Both the position numbers and the translations under genes were made by a program. Source: Brachyspira murdochii (GTDB lineage Bacteria; Spirochaetota; JAAYUW01). From it: 38,443 nt of DNA. This document shows, one piece after another, positions 27,864 to 36,507 of this stretch. How positions within the stretch are numbered: the first letter of the stretch is position 1; every line of letters starts with the position of its first letter. Below the pieces are notes generated by a model that worked only from the letters and a program-made list of their open reading frames with translations, was not told the origin of the DNA and did no database searches. The stretch lies in the NCBI GenBank assembly GCA_020722965.1, contig DYJT01000009.1:28755-67197 (forward strand), read 5' to 3'.

Positions 27864-29195
27864 TTGTCTATAAAAACCAGAATTATTTTTCTTCTATTTA
27901 TTTTCGTAGTTTTTAACTTGATTTTACTGATTGGAAATAATTTATCTACCGTAAATATTACGCTTTCAGCTCAATCAAAGTTTTTTTTTGAACCTCAAAA
28001 TGCCTTTATTGCAATAATATCTGAACCAGATGGTTTTACCAAGACAAATATTAGTTCAGAAATATTAAAGGGTATACTCGCTATTAAAAAAGAATTTCCT
28101 ATCTCTGTTTTATTATTAACCCCTGAAAGTTATGAAAATACTAAAGAAGAAATACTTTATGCTATAAATTCAAAAGCAAACATAATAATAACAAGTGGGG
28201 AAGAAAATAGAGACACTATTTTATCTTTAGCGTTAGAAAACCCCGATACATTTTTTATCGGTGTGGATATGTTCTCAAACGATTTAGATATTAACCAATT
28301 TATTAAAAAACCAACTCCAAGAAATCTTAATTTTTTACTTTACAAAGAAGAAGAAGCTGGCTTTCTTGCTGGAATATTCGCTGGTTTAATCACAAAAGAT
28401 TATAGCTCAATAACCAACAAATTAAATGCAGAAAATATAGTTGGAATAATAATTGCTAATAAAAACGATAGTAAGGATAGATATGAATTTGGTTTCAGGC
28501 TTGGTGTTCTTGCTATAAATGACAAATGCTCTATATTATCCAATCAACTGGATGATGAAAATGATTTTTATCTTATTCGAAAATTTACCACTAATCTATA
28601 TCAAAATAGTGCAGATCTCGTTTTTCAATTATGCGGTCAAGGAAGTGCAGCTGCCATACAATCGGCTTATCTTAACGGAAATCTTATTATTGGATACGAA
28701 TTCGATCAAAATATCTATGCCCCTTCAAATGTTATAACTTCAGCGATAAAAAAGATTTCATCCTCTGTCTATTATTATATTAAAAAGAGCTTTTTAATAG
28801 GTTTTATATCGGGGGTTTTAAGACTTGGGATCAAAGATGGCGCTGTTGGTTTGGCTTCCTTTCATGAATTTGATCTATTAATACCTAATCAAATAAAGGA
28901 TGCAATTTATACTGCTTCTACCTCAATAGCAGAAGGGAAAATAACCATTCCTTTTGTAAGTATGACTTTAAAAGAGGAAGATATCTCATTTGAAAACAAA
29001 GAGAATCAACAATCTACCGAGCAATCTACCCAACAGTCTGACCAGCAGTTAGAACAAAATGATGACAATTCTGATGATCAAACATCAGATCAAACATCTG
29101 AGGAAAATGATGAATCCCAGCAGAATTCTGATCAACAACCTGGTGATAATCAGACAACAGATCAAAATAATGAATCACAGCAAGATAAGTTTTAA
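27864..29195 (+). CDS. BMP/PnrA-family substrate-binding protein with acidic low-complexity tail
   Basis: PDT.FIGVD, EEEAGFLAG..AG, ADLVFQ.CG, IGYE.DQ..AP..VITSA.K, GAVGL; Q/D/E/N/S-rich last ~70 aa; TTG start uncertain. Confidence 0.82.
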   Translation: MSIKTRIIFLLFIFVVFNLILLIGNNLSTVNITLSAQSKFFFEPQNAFIAIISEPDGFTKTNISSEILKGILAIKKEFPISVLLLTPESYENTKEEILYAINSKANIIITSGEENRDTILSLALENPDTFFIGVDMFSNDLDINQFIKKPTPRNLNFLLYKEEEAGFLAGIFAGLITKDYSSITNKLNAENIVGIIIANKNDSKDRYEFGFRLGVLAINDKCSILSNQLDDENDFYLIRKFTTNLYQNSADLVFQLCGQGSAAAIQSAYLNGNLIIGYEFDQNIYAPSNVITSAIKKISSSVYYYIKKSFLIGFISGVLRLGIKDGAVGLASFHEFDLLIPNQIKDAIYTASTSIAEGKITIPFVSMTLKEEDISFENKENQQSTEQSTQQSDQQLEQNDDNSDDQTSDQTSEENDESQQNSDQQPGDNQTTDQNNESQQDKF

Positions 29196-30421
29196 GTTAA
29201 TTTTTGTTTCAAAACCTGTCCTAACCTTTTTACGCCTTCTTCTATCTTATCTTCTGATGGGAAAGAAAAATTCATTCTGAAAGAATTATATTTTGGTTGA
29301 TCCCCATAAAAGGCAGATCCAATAACATATGCAACATTGTTTTTAATAACATCATAAAATAGCTCTTCTGTATTTATGTTTTCAGGCAAAGTTACCCATA
29401 AAAACAAACCACCTTCTGGTCTTGTCCATTTTATACCTTTACCCTGTGGGAAATATTTTTCAAATGCTTGAAGCATGAGATTTTTTCTTTTAGAATATAA
29501 TTCTATATTTTTTTCTATCCTCCCTTCAAGTAGACCTCTTTCCATATACTCAGCTGTTATTATCTGATTAAAAGGAGCCGTACATAAATCTACCGCTTGT
29601 TTTATTATTACAAGCTTGTCGATTATCTTTGGATGAGCTATTATCCAACCAAGTCGAAGACCAGGACAATATATTTTAGAAAATGTAAATAATGTGATTA
29701 CTCTGCCAGAAGGATCAAGTTCATAAAGATATGGTAAATCCTCGTTTTCATATCTTAATTCTTTATATGGAGCATCTTCTATAATCATAAAATCATATTT
29801 ATTTGCAATCTCTATTATTTTTTTTCTTTTGCTTAAAGAAGTGCAAACACCGGCTGGATTTTGAAAATCCGGAATAGTATAAAAGAATTTTACTTTTTTC
29901 CCTTCTTTATAGATTTTTTTTAGTTTCTCTTCGAATTGAGCGATATTGATCCCATCATCTTCTAAATCCACACCAATCATCTTTGCACCATAAGCCCTGA
30001 ATGCACTAAGACCTCCAAGATAAGATGGATTTTCTACTATTATAAAATCACCTCTATCAATAAATAATTTACCAACCATATCAAGAGCCTGCTGTGAAGC
30101 AGATACGATTAAAATATTTTTATCATCAAGATTTTTAACAGTTGTCTTATCCATAAAGCGTTTTAATAAAAGCCTTTTAAGCCTTGAATCTCCTTCGGTA
30201 GCTCCATATTGAAGCATGATATCACCATATTTTGAAAGGGAAGAAGAGACAATTTCTTTTAGTTCTTCAACAGGAAAAGTTTTAGGAGCAGGTAAACCAC
30301 CTGCAAAAGAAATGATTTCAGGTTTTTCTACCAGTTTTAAAAGTTCCCTGATAACAGATCTTTTCATTGAGCCACTAGCGATGGAAATCATAGACTCAAA
30401 CATCTCATCATTAAAACCCAT
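29192..30421 (-). CDS. PLP-dependent aminotransferase (LysN / aromatic amino acid, MocR-like without HTH)
   Basis: IRELLK, ISFAGGLP, PDFQNPAG, EDAPY, TFSK..PGLRLGW, RMNFS. Confidence 0.93.
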   Translation of the reverse strand: MGFNDEMFESMISIASGSMKRSVIRELLKLVEKPEIISFAGGLPAPKTFPVEELKEIVSSSLSKYGDIMLQYGATEGDSRLKRLLLKRFMDKTTVKNLDDKNILIVSASQQALDMVGKLFIDRGDFIIVENPSYLGGLSAFRAYGAKMIGVDLEDDGINIAQFEEKLKKIYKEGKKVKFFYTIPDFQNPAGVCTSLSKRKKIIEIANKYDFMIIEDAPYKELRYENEDLPYLYELDPSGRVITLFTFSKIYCPGLRLGWIIAHPKIIDKLVIIKQAVDLCTAPFNQIITAEYMERGLLEGRIEKNIELYSKRKNLMLQAFEKYFPQGKGIKWTRPEGGLFLWVTLPENINTEELFYDVIKNNVAYVIGSAFYGDQPKYNSFRMNFSFPSEDKIEEGVKRLGQVLKQKLT

Positions 30422-30447
30422 AGGGCAACTCCTTTATTTTATTTCAA

Positions 30448-31545
30448 TCAGTGCACTAAAGAGATAGAAAAAGGCATATTTAATGTGGATATTGTTTTAG
30501 TCGTAAAATTATTCCGGTTAAACATATTATCTATAATCTTTACCTTTTCTATAGGGAAATCTATTTGAACTATAGAGGCAACAGTTTCAAAGCTTTTTTC
30601 GCTTTCATACGACATATTTTCGACTAAAAACTGAAGACTTTCCTCATCAAGTAGGATGTTTATATTATAATTAACCTGCTTTAAATTTAAAAGATGCTTA
30701 TTAAATTTCAATGCAAAAGGTTTATTTTTAATAAGCCTTTTCAATAATTGATATGATCGATCTGTTTGAATATCGATTTTTATAACATAATATGTGCTTC
30801 CAGTTTTGTCTAAAATCGAATTGATCAGTGTTTCATTTTTTTCAGCCCATTTAGAAATAGCGAGAAATTTGGGGACATATTTTGAGGTCTCTTTTGGAAA
30901 GGCTCCTATCTTTAGTAAATACCAGAAATCTTTCGTTTTATATTTTGAAATTATACTTTTTACCTTCCCATCACCGCAATTATATGCGGCAACAGCCAAT
31001 TCAAGAGTACCGAATTTTTTATACAGATATGAGAAATGTTTCATAAATCCTATGGTTGAAGCGTATATATCCTTTCTCTCGTCAATATCATTGACCTTAA
31101 GCCCGACTAATCTAGCTGTTTCCGTTATAAATTGCCATGGTCCAACGGCATTCATATGACTTTTAGCATCTATTTTAAATTGTGACTCGCACCATAATAA
31201 ATTAATGAATTGTGGATCAAAACCCTTGCTTTTTAGCAATTCTCTTATGACTGAATATGCTGGTGCAAAATCAGTTAATAGTTTAAGATAATCTCTTTTT
31301 GAATATAGTTCAAAACTTTGATAAAATGAATCGATGATCTCGTTATTTAGGGGATAATCTATATTTATAGATGTAATCTCGCTTTCTTCTTCAATCTTAC
31401 CTGTAAATAGACTATATATATCTATCCTTGTCATATGTGAAAACCATGATACAAACAATGTGGATAACAAGATAATTACTATTATTGCTGCTCCTCTTTT
31501 TGAATGAGAAAAAATCAATAAAATCCCCCATTTATTTAAATTCAA
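30448..31545 (-). CDS. Lytic transglycosylase (SLT, MltD-like catalytic domain)
   Basis: ESQF...AKS..AVGPWQF...TA...GL, DERKD, AAYNCG, ETSKYVPK; N-terminal TM; TTG start uncertain. Confidence 0.88.
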   Translation of the reverse strand: MNLNKWGILLIFSHSKRGAAIIVIILLSTLFVSWFSHMTRIDIYSLFTGKIEEESEITSINIDYPLNNEIIDSFYQSFELYSKRDYLKLLTDFAPAYSVIRELLKSKGFDPQFINLLWCESQFKIDAKSHMNAVGPWQFITETARLVGLKVNDIDERKDIYASTIGFMKHFSYLYKKFGTLELAVAAYNCGDGKVKSIISKYKTKDFWYLLKIGAFPKETSKYVPKFLAISKWAEKNETLINSILDKTGSTYYVIKIDIQTDRSYQLLKRLIKNKPFALKFNKHLLNLKQVNYNINILLDEESLQFLVENMSYESEKSFETVASIVQIDFPIEKVKIIDNMFNRNNFTTKTISTLNMPFSISLVH

Positions 31546-31618
31546 TTGAAGTTTACCAATATTTTTTTTCTTTACAACCTTATTTTAAATTAATTTACAC
31601 AAAATATTTTTATATATA

Positions 31619-31647
31619 TTGACAAATTTTTATATCTATACTAATCT
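31619..31647 (+). promoter_or_regulatory. Putative sigma70 promoter for the MEMO gene
   Basis: TTGACA-N17-TAATCT; RBS GGAG before ATG 31718. Confidence 0.45.
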
Positions 31648-31717
31648 TTATTTTAGAAAGTGTCTTATGTTTAATTTAGCTAAAGATAAATAATAAAGTA
31701 TTATCTGGAGATTAGCC

Positions 31718-32563
31718 ATGATAAGAAAAAGAACCTTACCTTCTGGTTGGTATCCAGAAGATAAAGAAAGATGTATTCAACAATTTAAGAAATTTGATGA
31801 ATATTTAAAAGATGTTAGTTTTCAAAAAACAGATTTTACAATCAACTCACTCGTAGTACCCCATGCTGGCTGGGAATTTTCGGGACATCTTGGTTATCTT
31901 GCTTTTAAAAAGGCCAGCCAGATTTGTGAAAAACAAAAAAGAAAAATCTCAACTATCATCTTTCTTGGTGGTCACATGAGGTATTCAGAAGAATCTATTG
32001 TACTAAATTATGATGAATGCGAAACCCCTTTTGGAAATATTAAGGTGGATAAAGAAATTATTGGTGATTATAAGAAATTATTCAATTCAATAGATGAATC
32101 TCCAAGCATTTCTGATAATACTGTAGAGATAAATCTTCCATTTATAAAGTATTTTTTCCCCGAAGCAAAAATATTTGCTTTATATCCGCCTCTTCAAGAA
32201 GCTGTTTCGATTGCTCAATTTTTTGCAAATAGGCAGGATGAATACTTAGTGGTTGCTTCTTCTGATCTTACCCATTATGGACCGAATTATGGTTTTACAC
32301 CGCATGGCACAGGTGATAAAGCGTATTTGTGGGCAAAAGATAATGATAAAATCCTTATAGATGCACTTGAAAGATTGGATTATGATTCCATCGAGTTAAT
32401 TATTGACAAACATCAAAATAGTTGTTCGCCAAATTCCCTTACTACTGCAATTGCTTATGCATCTATGAAGGGATCCAGACAAGGATATACGATATTATAC
32501 GGATCTTCATATGAAATCTTCCCGTCAGCCTCTTTTGTCGGTTATGTTGCTTTTATCGCTTAA
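31718..32563 (+). CDS. amrB: MEMO1-family protein (AmmeMemoRadiSam protein B)
   Basis: GWYP, VPHAGWEFSG, ETPFG, E.NLPF, ASSDLTHYG, VGY. Confidence 0.88.
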   Translation: MIRKRTLPSGWYPEDKERCIQQFKKFDEYLKDVSFQKTDFTINSLVVPHAGWEFSGHLGYLAFKKASQICEKQKRKISTIIFLGGHMRYSEESIVLNYDECETPFGNIKVDKEIIGDYKKLFNSIDESPSISDNTVEINLPFIKYFFPEAKIFALYPPLQEAVSIAQFFANRQDEYLVVASSDLTHYGPNYGFTPHGTGDKAYLWAKDNDKILIDALERLDYDSIELIIDKHQNSCSPNSLTTAIAYASMKGSRQGYTILYGSSYEIFPSASFVGYVAFIA

Positions 32564-32863
32564 GTTTTCAAATTCTTCAAGTTTTTTTACTAGTTTTTCT
32601 ATGTCTTTTCTATAAGATGATTTTGGATAATTCTGGCAATATTCTTTTGCCAGAATCAACAATTTTTTTGCTTTTTCTTTTTTAATATTATCATCTTCTT
32701 CTTTTAATATCTTTTCATAATCAGCAAGAAGTAAAAAATACTTACTCATCGCATTGTTAAGGTTTATCGAGGTGTCTACTACATTTTTGCTTTTCGAGAT
32801 TAAAATCGAGTAAAACAGAATGACAATCAAAAATAATATTGCAGCAATTATATATGCAATCAT
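32525..32863 (-). CDS. Small membrane-anchored hypothetical protein
   Basis: N-terminal TM, helical C-terminus with YP.S.Y; 2 bp downstream of the NUDIX gene. Confidence 0.7.
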   Translation of the reverse strand: MIAYIIAAILFLIVILFYSILISKSKNVVDTSINLNNAMSKYFLLLADYEKILKEEDDNIKKEKAKKLLILAKEYCQNYPKSSYRKDIEKLVKKLEEFENLSDKSNITDKRG

Positions 32864-32865
32864 CT

Positions 32866-33423
32866 TTATACCTTATTATTAAAAAATCTGCCTTCCATAT
32901 ATGAATAAACCCAACCATTGATGAAAATTCCAGATCCCTTTAATCCTTCCCAATTTTTTCTATCTACCCATAGTATCTCAATATCTTCTGAACTTTCAGG
33001 ATTTTCCCCAATGTATTCTTCTATTTCGACATTGACAAAATAAATTTCTTCTGTTGTTAAGCCAGCCGAGGTTAGAACCGCTGGTGAAGTTTCTATAATC
33101 TTACAGCTATAGCCTGTTTCTTCTAAAAATTCTCTTTTAGCACAATCTTCAATCCCCTCATCTTTTTCCATTAGTCCAGCTGGAAATTCAATTACATAAT
33201 TTAAAACTGGAATTCTATATTGCTTTATTAATAGTATTTTTTCATCTTTTTCACCGATAATGACTACTGCCTTTTGATTATAGTTCCTTTCAACAAATTC
33301 ATAGGCTTTTTTATTTCCATTCTTATCTAAAAATTCTCTTTTGAAAAAAGATAAAAATTTACCATTTGCTATTAAAATTAAATCCAGAGGTTTTAGCTTC
33401 ATTTTAATCTCTTTTAATCTCAA
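32866..33423 (-). CDS. NUDIX hydrolase (ADP-ribose pyrophosphatase-like)
   Basis: KQYRIPV..IEFPAGL......AKREFLEETG Nudix box; true start may be ATG 33402. Confidence 0.92.
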   Translation of the reverse strand: MRLKEIKMKLKPLDLILIANGKFLSFFKREFLDKNGNKKAYEFVERNYNQKAVVIIGEKDEKILLIKQYRIPVLNYVIEFPAGLMEKDEGIEDCAKREFLEETGYSCKIIETSPAVLTSAGLTTEEIYFVNVEIEEYIGENPESSEDIEILWVDRKNWEGLKGSGIFINGWVYSYMEGRFFNNKV

Positions 33424-33941
33424 TTAAATAAAACCGAAAGTATCTCTTGTGGTAAAAAACTCTTATAATGCTCGGCTCTTTTTACAAGATCTTGATAAAC
33501 ATATTTATAAACCTGTAGCTTAGTAAAATGTTTACCATCAGTAGCCATTATGCCTTTGCATCTTCTTTTTTGTTCAAGAAAGTTCTCTTCATTACTAAAA
33601 GTTGAAATCCAGAAAGGAAATTTTTGACATTGCAAGGGCCTTGCTTTATATATAGAACAACCACCTTTATTATCTCTATTCTTTTTATCCCAAAAGATGC
33701 AATCAAAATTTTCCTTTTCTTTTAATGAATAGATTTTGTTATTAAATTTAATCAAAAAATCTTTTACAAAGATATCATGGCTAACCTTGATTTTCTTCTC
33801 TATTTTCGAAATCTCACTATCCAATAGGAATACATAACCAGATTCATGTCTACAACAATTACCACAATCCTGACACTTAAACTTAAAATCATCCGGGATA
33901 AATAATCTTATGCTTTTAAAAAAATCTTCAAAGGTTATCAT
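33420..33941 (-). CDS. YkgJ-family CxxCxxCC cysteine-cluster protein
   Basis: FKCQDCGNCC, CIF, GCSIY.ARPLQC..FPFW, C.GI. Confidence 0.9.
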   Translation of the reverse strand: MITFEDFFKSIRLFIPDDFKFKCQDCGNCCRHESGYVFLLDSEISKIEKKIKVSHDIFVKDFLIKFNNKIYSLKEKENFDCIFWDKKNRDNKGGCSIYKARPLQCQKFPFWISTFSNEENFLEQKRRCKGIMATDGKHFTKLQVYKYVYQDLVKRAEHYKSFLPQEILSVLFN

Positions 33942-33954
33942 TTTTAAAATTAAA

Positions 33955-34899
33955 CTAAGGTAAAATATGAGTTCCAGTTTTTTTATTTACAGCATCGAAA
34001 ATTTTTTCTGGTGAGGTTATAATTACCTGCTTCCCACCATTTTCCAAAAATTTTACCGAAGCCTCTATTTTGGGTAACATACTACCCTTAGCAAAATGGC
34101 CTTCAGAAATATATTGTTTACATTCTTTTATTGTCATCTTATCTATTAATTTCATATCTGGTTTATTGAAGTTAAGGGCTACTTTTTCCACTCCTGTCGA
34201 GATTATAAAGATATCGGCTTTTATCTCAGTTGCTAAAAGTGAAGAAGCAAAATCTTTATCTATGACTGCTGCAACACCTTTTAATTTTGAATCTTCGTCT
34301 ATTACTGGAATTCCACCACCACCAACTGCAATAACTATTACATCATTTTTTATAAGATCTATAATAACATTTTTTTCAATTATATCTAAGGGTTTGGGGG
34401 ATGCAACAACTCTTCTATAACCTCTTCCAGCGTCTTCTTTGACTACCCATCCTTCTTTCTCAATCTTTTCAGCAAGTTCTTCTTTTGTCTTATAAAAAGG
34501 GCCAACTGGTTTTGTTGGATTCTGGAAAGCCTGGTCATTTTTATCAACAAGAACCTGTGTCACAACTGTAGCGACATCATACTCCAGTTTATGCTGCTCA
34601 AGATGATTTTTAATCACCTGGGAAATCATATAGCCCATTCCTCCCTGAGTAAAAGCACCGGCTATATCCATGGGTATTGTTGGTACCTGATTTTTACCTG
34701 CTTCAGATTGAATAAGTATATTTCCTACCTGCGGTCCATTACCATGGGTTATGACAACCCTATAACCACTTTTTATAAGCTCTATAACATTTTCTACGGT
34801 GTCTATAACGGCATCATATTGTTCTTCAAAAGTTCCCTTTTGACCAGTTTTAATTAAAGAATTTCCACCAATTGCAATTACAACAGTTTTTTTAGACAT
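33955..34899 (-). CDS. arcC: Carbamate kinase
   Basis: AIGGNS, THGNGPQVG, PTKPVG, YRRVVASP.P, GGGGIPV, AVIDKD, GSMLPK; start reassigned to ATG 34899 behind AAGGAG. Confidence 0.96.
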   Translation of the reverse strand: MSKKTVVIAIGGNSLIKTGQKGTFEEQYDAVIDTVENVIELIKSGYRVVITHGNGPQVGNILIQSEAGKNQVPTIPMDIAGAFTQGGMGYMISQVIKNHLEQHKLEYDVATVVTQVLVDKNDQAFQNPTKPVGPFYKTKEELAEKIEKEGWVVKEDAGRGYRRVVASPKPLDIIEKNVIIDLIKNDVIVIAVGGGGIPVIDEDSKLKGVAAVIDKDFASSLLATEIKADIFIISTGVEKVALNFNKPDMKLIDKMTIKECKQYISEGHFAKGSMLPKIEASVKFLENGGKQVIITSPEKIFDAVNKKTGTHILP

Positions 34900-35109
34900 T
34901 ATTTCTCCTTTGTTTTTAATAATGGGATTTAAAATTATAATAGTAAAACTTAATGTCAAGTTTACAGATTAAACCTTATTCTTACAATATATATTAACAA
35001 AAGTTGAAATATGTTATAAAAAAGAATGCATTTACATAAACGAAAATGAATGAGAATAAGCGAAAAGAAATGGGATTATCCAATAGCTTAAATAAGTATT
35101 TCATTTTTT

Positions 35110-35143
35110 AAAAAAGGGATTACCTCAGTTTTGAGACAATCCC
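35110..35143 (-). terminator. Rho-independent terminator after the PEGA gene
   Basis: Minus strand GGGATTGTCTCA-AAAC-TGAGGTAATCCC (12-bp stem, two G-U pairs) followed by T6. Confidence 0.8.
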
Positions 35144-35190
35144 TTCTTGTTATAAATATTATAAAATAAGACTAATTAAACTATATTGTT

Positions 35191-36387
35191 TTATGATATT
35201 ATCAAATCTAATGAAATTGATATTGTAATAGTTTGATTCGATGTAATTGTAATAGTCTTTTCTACAACCAGACCATGGTATTCAATTCTAATAGTATAGG
35301 TACCGGGAGCCAGGGACACTTGATTATTAGCCTTAAATTGAACCATCTGATTATTTATAAATACCTTTGCATCATTTGGTATTTTAAATATTATTGTCCC
35401 ATTTGCCATGTTTAATACAAAATTAAAAACCTCATTTGGTTTAGTTACATTTATAGTCTGTGTAAGACTGTTATACCCAGGAACCATAGGATTAAGTGTT
35501 ATGGTGTATGTCCCAGGAGCTAAATTCACGGTAAGAGGGGTATTACCATAGACTTTATTATTTATCAAAACCTGAGACTGCACATTCGCATTTATAGTCA
35601 CAGAATAGTTAACCTGAGTTAATACAAAATTAAAAACCTCATTTGGTTTAGTTACATTTATAGTCTGTGTAAGACTGTTATACCCAGGAACCATAGGATT
35701 AAGTGTTATGGTGTATGTCCCAGGAGCTAAATTCACGGTAAGAGGGGTATTACCATAGACTTTATTATTTATCAAAACCTGAGACTGCACATTCGCATTT
35801 ATAGTCACAGAATAGCTTTGTGGTTGTTGATTTAAAAAGGTAAAATTCAGTTCTAATACCTGCCCTTTTTGTAAGTTTATCTTCTCACTTTTTGGTTGAT
35901 AATTCTTATCCTTTGGTACGGCTTTAATTTCATAGGCGCCAGGATACATATATATATCAAGAGGAGTCATTCCGATTTTAATATTATTTGAAAAAATATC
36001 GCATACTATATCGGCTTTGACAATCAGCCTCGCTTTACCAGATGAAGATGTCGTCGTAGTAGTTGTGGTTGTAGTGCTTGATGAAATAGGAGTTAGAGTA
36101 AAACTAAACTCTTTTGGCCCTGTTGGAGAAACGGTAATAACAGTTTCAAATGTTTTATAACCATCTGCAACCAATTTTAGTGGGTATTTACCAATATTTA
36201 AAGTTAAAGTAATAGGTGTATAACCTCTAAAGACATTGCTTAAGTATACTTTTGCTTTAACATTAGCCTTAATAGTTATGGTAGCGCTCGTTATCTGGCT
36301 TGATGCAGTTATCTGTAAAGTAAAAAGAAGTAAGACAAGGAATATAACCGCAGATAATATCATTAAATTTTTAAATTTTAAACTCAT
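35191..36387 (-). CDS. Exported multi-PEGA-domain protein
   Basis: Signal peptide; about five repeats of A.V.i...G.TP....L.PG.Y.i; Thr/Ser linker; RBS GGAGG. Confidence 0.9.
   Translation of the reverse strand: MSLKFKNLMILSAVIFLVLLLFTLQITASSQITSATITIKANVKAKVYLSNVFRGYTPITLTLNIGKYPLKLVADGYKTFETVITVSPTGPKEFSFTLTPISSSTTTTTTTTTSSSGKARLIVKADIVCDIFSNNIKIGMTPLDIYMYPGAYEIKAVPKDKNYQPKSEKINLQKGQVLELNFTFLNQQPQSYSVTINANVQSQVLINNKVYGNTPLTVNLAPGTYTITLNPMVPGYNSLTQTINVTKPNEVFNFVLTQVNYSVTINANVQSQVLINNKVYGNTPLTVNLAPGTYTITLNPMVPGYNSLTQTINVTKPNEVFNFVLNMANGTIIFKIPNDAKVFINNQMVQFKANNQVSLAPGTYTIRIEYHGLVVEKTITITSNQTITISISLDLIIS
35412..35815. repeat. Exact 197-bp direct repeat (207-bp period) inside the PEGA gene
   Basis: 35412-35608 is identical to 35619-35815 by eye. 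Confidence 0.95.
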
Positions 36388-36507
36388 TATTCCTCCAAAA
36401 TATTTTTACATCATTATAATATCACAATAATTTATTTTATCCACTTAAAATTTCATTTTGAACTTTATTATTATTGATATATACTAATTATGTAGGTGGA
36501 AGGTTTA

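Noticed and set aside
31718-32563. Complete AmmeMemoRadiSam system
   Set aside because: Only the MEMO gene is here; AMMECR1 and radical SAM partners are not in the window
34900-34959. 20-aa N-terminal extension of ArcC in the ORF track
   Set aside because: The TTG is part of a TTGACA -35-like hexamer; a strong RBS precedes ATG 34899
441-36430. Short antisense or nested ORFs in the track (e.g. 441-635, 22900-23172, 30794-31159, 34070-34420, 36236-36430)
   Set aside because: They overlap well-supported genes, mostly as antisense mirror frames, and have no recognisable motifs
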